From Promethearchaeota archaeon (GTDB taxonomy: Archaea; Asgardarchaeota; Lokiarchaeia; Sigyniarchaeales; SOKP01): a DNA stretch of 43,352 nucleotides. The notes beneath the pieces were generated by a model. It saw only the letters and a list, made by a program, of their open reading frames with translations, had not been told where the DNA came from and made no database searches. Shown one piece after another: positions 38,851-43,352 of the stretch. The stretch's first letter is position 1, and each line of letters starts with the position of its first letter. The stretch is taken from positions 1 to 43,352 of the forward strand of contig JBHLON010000029.1 in the NCBI GenBank assembly GCA_048940445.1. The letters are read 5' to 3'. The position numbers and the translations under genes are program-made.

Positions 38851-39135
38851 ATGGTAGAAATGGAAGAAAATGGTAAAAACTGTTCTCAGTGTGGTGGTAG
38901 TAACTTTCGGCTAGTACATGATGAATGGATGGCCCGCACTTTCAGGTTTGTCGAAAAAGGGCAACTAAAGATGTGTGATAAGTGTGGTGCGAAATACTTA
39001 GTCTGCCAGAAATGCGGATCCCTATTTACACGCGTACATCCTGCTTTAGAGGCATGGGAGGTTAATCAAAAATGCCCTGTTTGCGGATATGAAGATCCTG
39101 AAGTTAAAGCATGGGACGGAGTATCCGCTCGTTAA
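38851..39135 (+). CDS. four-CxxC double zinc-ribbon protein
   Basis: CSQC, CDKC, CQKC, CPVC in 94 aa; palindromic TTTATATATATAAA (38804-38817) upstream. Confidence 0.85.
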   Translation: MVEMEENGKNCSQCGGSNFRLVHDEWMARTFRFVEKGQLKMCDKCGAKYLVCQKCGSLFTRVHPALEAWEVNQKCPVCGYEDPEVKAWDGVSAR

Positions 39136-39229
39136 TTTATTTTTATCTCTCTTTAATTGCAGTTAATTCATAATTATATTTTAAACCATGAAATGAAGTA
39201 GAAAAAAACAGTTATCTTGAAGTTTACTA

Positions 39230-39550
39230 TTACATTTCAAGCTTTTTAGTTGATTTAGATTTAAATTTGGGATTTACTTTTTCAATTTCTCCAATTAATT
39301 GAAAAACTTTATCATCATTCAAGGCTTCACCGAATTTAATTAACATTTCTTTGGATCCTACAAATAAACCTTTTCTTTTCATTGGATTGCCGTCTTCTTT
39401 AAGCGGATTAACTTCAATAAATAATAATGAAGGTCTTGTTTTAGTCGCAGGCACTTTTACAACAAACACACCAGGCACCGGTGTTTCCATTTTTGCCCAA
39501 TCCGCGCCTTTTTCTAGATGTTCCTTTAATTGAGCTTGAATACTTGACAT
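39230..39550 (-). CDS. hypothetical protein
   Basis: 106-aa ORF with its own TATA (39634-39627); no family recognised. Confidence 0.75.
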   Translation of the reverse strand: MSSIQAQLKEHLEKGADWAKMETPVPGVFVVKVPATKTRPSLLFIEVNPLKEDGNPMKRKGLFVGSKEMLIKFGEALNDDKVFQLIGEIEKVNPKFKSKSTKKLEM

Positions 39551-39598
39551 ATTTATTCTCTTTTAGTCTGGAATTTACTTTTCTTTTAATTTAATTTT

Positions 39599-39616
39599 TA
39601 TGTTACGTGTAACATA
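39599..39616. promoter_or_regulatory. palindromic operator TATGTTAC-GT-GTAACATA
   Basis: Perfect 8-bp arms; the 10-mer TATGTTACGT recurs at 39804-39813. Confidence 0.65.
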
Positions 39617-39859
39617 TAGCGTTACCTATATATACTTTTCTAAATTAATCTAAAAGATAATTATTTCTCTATGATTATTATAAGAATTATCTATAATCAT
39701 TAGCTAAATTTAAAAATGTACAGTGTAAAATAATGACATTCTTTTTGTCGGATTTCTTAGGGTTGATTTCCATTGAAAGGTTTATATATGTGCGTGATAA
39801 TAATATGTTACGTCAATAATATGATATATATGTAAATATACAAAATAAAATGAAGTTAC

Positions 39860-40075
39860 ATGAAATTAATCTCAGTAAATTTACCAGAATCGTATTTAAA
39901 GGTATTAGAAATTTTTGTGTCCGAAGGTAAGTTTCCCAATCGATCAGAAGCAATACGAGTGGGAATTCGGGACCTGATAAAAACAGAATATCTTATTGAG
40001 GAAACTGTGAAAAAGAGTCTCACTCCATCAATGGTTCAAACAGATGTTGAACACCAAATACAAGAATTAATATAA
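39860..40075 (+). CDS. ribbon-helix-helix (CopG/Arc/MetJ) regulator, CdrS-like
   Basis: MKLISVNLP...GKFPNRSEAIRVGIRDLI. Confidence 0.88.
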   Translation: MKLISVNLPESYLKVLEIFVSEGKFPNRSEAIRVGIRDLIKTEYLIEETVKKSLTPSMVQTDVEHQIQELI

Positions 40076-40117
40076 TTTTCTTTATTTTTTTTTTAAAATT
40101 AATATAGGTTGGGAAAC

Positions 40118-43100
40118 TTATTTCTTTCCGAGTAATTTATTTACTCTTTTTTTTCGCTCTGCTCTCCGTGCTGCAATCTTATCTCTTAATGTTCCTTTAT
40201 CATCCAAAGGTTTTTTAAATTCTACCTCTTCTTCTGGTTCTATTTTAATCCCCAGATTCTTCTTGTAAGAATTAATTTTTTCTTGTATTATCGGAATATA
40301 TTTTTTACCAATAATTGTGTTTCTCAAATTGAATTTTGCCTCGTTAAATTCAGAAATTGCTTTCATAAATTGATTTTCTGATAAGGATCTCTGTGCTCTG
40401 TCTAAGGCTTGATAGGCTATATTAAATTTATCTATATTTTCATTATTTTCAATATCATCAATCGTAATTATTGGAATTTGACTTGCATTCTCTATTACGT
40501 CAATTTGCTTAAGTAATTGTTTAATCTGTTTTTCTTGGCCAATTTTCCCTAATTTTCTAATTACCTTTTTAAGCTTTAGGATTCCTTCGTTATATTTTAG
40601 ATCTTTTATAGTATTATTCGCTTCTTCTAATCTCTGTTGTATCACTAATTCTCTTTGCTTGCGTTTCTCTTCTTTTCTAACTTTTTCACGTTCTTTACTT
40701 TGTTCATCCGCTTCTCGAAGTAAAACCTCAATCTTTTTGTCTTCTTCTTTCTTTCTCTTCTGCATTTCCTTTATCTTTTCAACTTGTTTCATTTCCTTTT
40801 TAAGAATAAACAATAAATCATTATTAATACGGCTAACCTCATGAACCCAACCAATTTTTTCGAATAAATCTCTTCCCATAATATACTTTTCATAAGCTTG
40901 TTCAAATTTTTTTAAATTTTTTAATTCGGTTCCATCTTCCAATAATTTATATGCTTGTGCTGAGACTTTTTTTTCATATTCTTGTTTTTCTTGAATTACT
41001 AATAGCTCTTGCTTCCTTTTTTCTTCTTGCGATTCTTTAAGATCCTTAGCTTTAGCGATCTGTTCTTCCAATTCAACTTTTAGCTTCGATTCTTCCTCCT
41101 GTTTTACTTTTAGTAACCGTTTTTCTGTCTCCATGGCCTCTTGTTTCTTTTTAATTATTTCAATAGATTCATTTATTATGCGGATTCCTTCTGGCCAATT
41201 AATTTCATTAAAAATTTTTTCGCTGTTTCTATAAAATCTTACCGCTTTATCAAAATTATTTTGTTTTAATTCTTTCTTAGCAAGATCCATGAAATTGAAA
41301 GCTTGTTCTTTCTTTGCTTCATATTCTAAACTCTGTCGTTTTTTTAGTTCAATTGCTTGTGCCTTTTGTTTTAAAAGCTCCGCTTCTGCTTCCCTTGCTA
41401 GTTTTGCTTCCACTATTCTTCTCTCTTCTAGCTCTTTTTCTTTCTCTAACTTTTCAACTTCTAGCTCTCTAACTTTTTTATCGGATTCTAATTTATCTTT
41501 ATAATAATTAATAGAATTAACTAGTTGATTTGCTTCCTCATTCCATCCAATTTTTTCAAAACTATTCTTAGCCTGTTCATACAATCTAATCACTTCAAGA
41601 TAGGGAGAAGGAGCATTAAAAATGCTATCTTTTTTTTGAATCTCATATTCTTGAGCCAATCTCTCGGCTCTATTGATTAAATTGAATGTTCGATCAGAAT
41701 CTTGACTTTGTTTTTTCTTTATCTTTTCAAAAGCGATAATTTTTTGTTCTCGAGCGAATGGTTTATATTCAGGTATATATTTAGCTCTTGCCTCTTCTAT
41801 TTTAGCTTTCTCTAACTTCTCTTTTTCAATTTCTCTTAAATTGTCATCTCTTGCTTTTTTTTCTTTGTAAAAATTAATTGTATTAAGTATACGATTGCTT
41901 TCTTCTGCCCATCCTATCTCTTTGAATATTTTTCTAGCCTTTTCATAATTGGAAATTGCTTTTTCATAGGGGCTTTTATAAATCAGAAGATCTTTTTTCA
42001 AACTCAGTTCATAACTTTTTACTTCATTCTCAGTATCGTTTATAAGATTCATCGCTTCATCTAATAATTTCTTATTTTGTTTATCCTTTTCTTCAATTTC
42101 GGGCATTTTTTGAGTCTGCATTCTATCACTTTTCTTTAGACTTTCTTTAAATTCTTGCTGCTCTATCTCTTTCTTAGTTTCGATCTCACGTAATTTATTG
42201 TCTCGTTCTAATTTTTCTTGATAAAGAATAATTTGATTAGTATAAATCTTAGCCTCTTCTGTCCAACCTCTAATATAGACTTTTTCTCTTATACTTTTGT
42301 AAATTTCTATTATCTTGGGATAGGGACATTCCTTTTCGAACTCACCACGTTTGATGGTAATTTCGTACTCACGCGCCATCTTCTCAGCGATATCCAATAA
42401 TTGATCAATTTCTGTTTCGAATGCTTGTTCTTCTTGTTCAAATTTTCTTCTAGTCTCAACTTCTTTAACCTTTTGGTTGTCTAAATCTGAAATTGGTTCT
42501 TCTTTTCCCCTTTTCTTCATTTTTCTGAATTCTTCCTGCTTTCTAGCTTTATTAGCCTCCATTTCCCGTAATTTGTTATCTTTTTCTAATAATTCTGAAT
42601 ATTTTTTAATTTGATTCGAATAAACACTTGCTTCTTTTTCTAATCCTTCTTTTAATGCCAATTTCTTCGCTTCTTCATATATTGTTATTACCTCGGGGTA
42701 CACACAATTTTCCAACAAATCGCCCTTCTTAATTGCTTTTTTCATTTCTCTATCATATTCTCGTGCTAACTTTTCAGCACTATCAATCATGTTATCTATT
42801 TTTACCCTGAAAATTTCTTCTTCTTGTTCCATTAACCTTTGTTGTTCTAAGGCTTGTAATCGCTCGCGTTCTGACTCTGAAATGTCTCTGGTTTGTGCTT
42901 TTTGCAATTCTTCGTAATCTTTTTGCTTTTCACGTTTTTGAGCTTCTATTAATCGCAATTTACCATCTTTTTCTAATAAATCAAGATAACGAGCTATTTG
43001 ATTAGAGTATATAATTACTTGATCTTGCCACCCCTTTTCAGCGACTAATCTCCTCACTTCTTCATATATAGCTATCACTTCGGGATATATACATTTTTCC

Positions 43101-43352
43101 AATAAATCGCCCCTCTTAATTGCTTTTTTCATTTCTCTATCATATTCTCGTGCTAACTTTTCAGCACTATCAATCATTTGATCTATTTTTCTCCTGAAAG
43201 TTTCTTCTTCTTGTTCCACTAATCTTTGTTGTTCTAAGGCTTGTAATCGCTCTCTTTCTGACTCTGAAATTTCTCTGGTTTGTGCTTTTTGCAATTCTTC
43301 ATATTCTTTTTGCTTTTCACGTTTCTGAGCTTCTATTTGCCGTAATTTTTCA
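40118..43352 (-). CDS. giant charged helical-repeat (TPR-like/coiled-coil) protein, 5' end outside the window
   Basis: Frame open to the window edge; recurring YP..I..YE...GW.EE...NQI..Y...LE.D..LR units and E/K-rich linkers. Confidence 0.9.
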   Translation of the reverse strand, partial: EKLRQIEAQKREKQKEYEELQKAQTREISESERERLQALEQQRLVEQEEETFRRKIDQMIDSAEKLAREYDREMKKAIKRGDLLEKCIYPEVIAIYEEVRRLVAEKGWQDQVIIYSNQIARYLDLLEKDGKLRLIEAQKREKQKDYEELQKAQTRDISESERERLQALEQQRLMEQEEEIFRVKIDNMIDSAEKLAREYDREMKKAIKKGDLLENCVYPEVITIYEEAKKLALKEGLEKEASVYSNQIKKYSELLEKDNKLREMEANKARKQEEFRKMKKRGKEEPISDLDNQKVKEVETRRKFEQEEQAFETEIDQLLDIAEKMAREYEITIKRGEFEKECPYPKIIEIYKSIREKVYIRGWTEEAKIYTNQIILYQEKLERDNKLREIETKKEIEQQEFKESLKKSDRMQTQKMPEIEEKDKQNKKLLDEAMNLINDTENEVKSYELSLKKDLLIYKSPYEKAISNYEKARKIFKEIGWAEESNRILNTINFYKEKKARDDNLREIEKEKLEKAKIEEARAKYIPEYKPFAREQKIIAFEKIKKKQSQDSDRTFNLINRAERLAQEYEIQKKDSIFNAPSPYLEVIRLYEQAKNSFEKIGWNEEANQLVNSINYYKDKLESDKKVRELEVEKLEKEKELEERRIVEAKLAREAEAELLKQKAQAIELKKRQSLEYEAKKEQAFNFMDLAKKELKQNNFDKAVRFYRNSEKIFNEINWPEGIRIINESIEIIKKKQEAMETEKRLLKVKQEEESKLKVELEEQIAKAKDLKESQEEKRKQELLVIQEKQEYEKKVSAQAYKLLEDGTELKNLKKFEQAYEKYIMGRDLFEKIGWVHEVSRINNDLLFILKKEMKQVEKIKEMQKRKKEEDKKIEVLLREADEQSKEREKVRKEEKRKQRELVIQQRLEEANNTIKDLKYNEGILKLKKVIRKLGKIGQEKQIKQLLKQIDVIENASQIPIITIDDIENNENIDKFNIAYQALDRAQRSLSENQFMKAISEFNEAKFNLRNTIIGKKYIPIIQEKINSYKKNLGIKIEPEEEVEFKKPLDDKGTLRDKIAARRAERKKRVNKLLGKK
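42518..43352 (-). repeat. 387-bp (129-aa) intragenic tandem repeat, at least 2 copies, runs off the window
   Basis: GCAATTCTTC at 42904 and 43291; a ~70-nt near-identical block at 42719-42790 and 43106-43177. Confidence 0.9.

Noticed and set aside
2935-42400. Many 60-130-aa ORFs antisense to or overlapping long genes (e.g. 2935..3231, 5160..5471, 8453..8791, 12819..13058, 17461..17787, 38267..38662)
   Set aside because: Shadow ORFs of well-supported genes on the opposite strand; no motifs of their own

Overview
AT-rich (roughly 30% GC by eye), gene-dense archaeal chromosomal segment. An archaeal TFB, archaeal-type RFC subunits, BRE/TATA promoters, a HEAT+LRR protein, many CxxC microproteins, a giant helical-repeat protein and bacterial-type chaperone/metabolic genes together point to an Asgard archaeon, most likely Lokiarchaeia (inference). 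Main content: ilvC-like KARI, tungsten AOR, pyruvate kinase and an Fe-S aldo/keto reductase; an LRR gene split by one in-frame TAG; a grpE-dnaK-dnaJ-clpB-(tfb) heat-shock cluster with a palindromic operator; class II FBP aldolase; a divergent redox/lipid cluster (FixC/GGR-like + FixX | VAO-type flavoprotein, CCG Fe-S protein, second flavoprotein, SCP2-like, CrtC-like); MFS, PepT, a crotonase and a Zn-ribbon/ECF-S fusion; a GNAT-rfcS1-rfcS2-rfcL operon whose second small subunit looks catalytically dead; a CdrS-like RHH regulator with matching operators; and the 3' part of a giant repeat protein. Notable non-coding signals are an unexplained ~131-nt multi-stem element (34258-34388) and a structured leader with a tandem promoter (2741-2870). 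No rRNA, tRNA, CRISPR array or transposase was recognised. All family calls come from motif recognition, not database searches.
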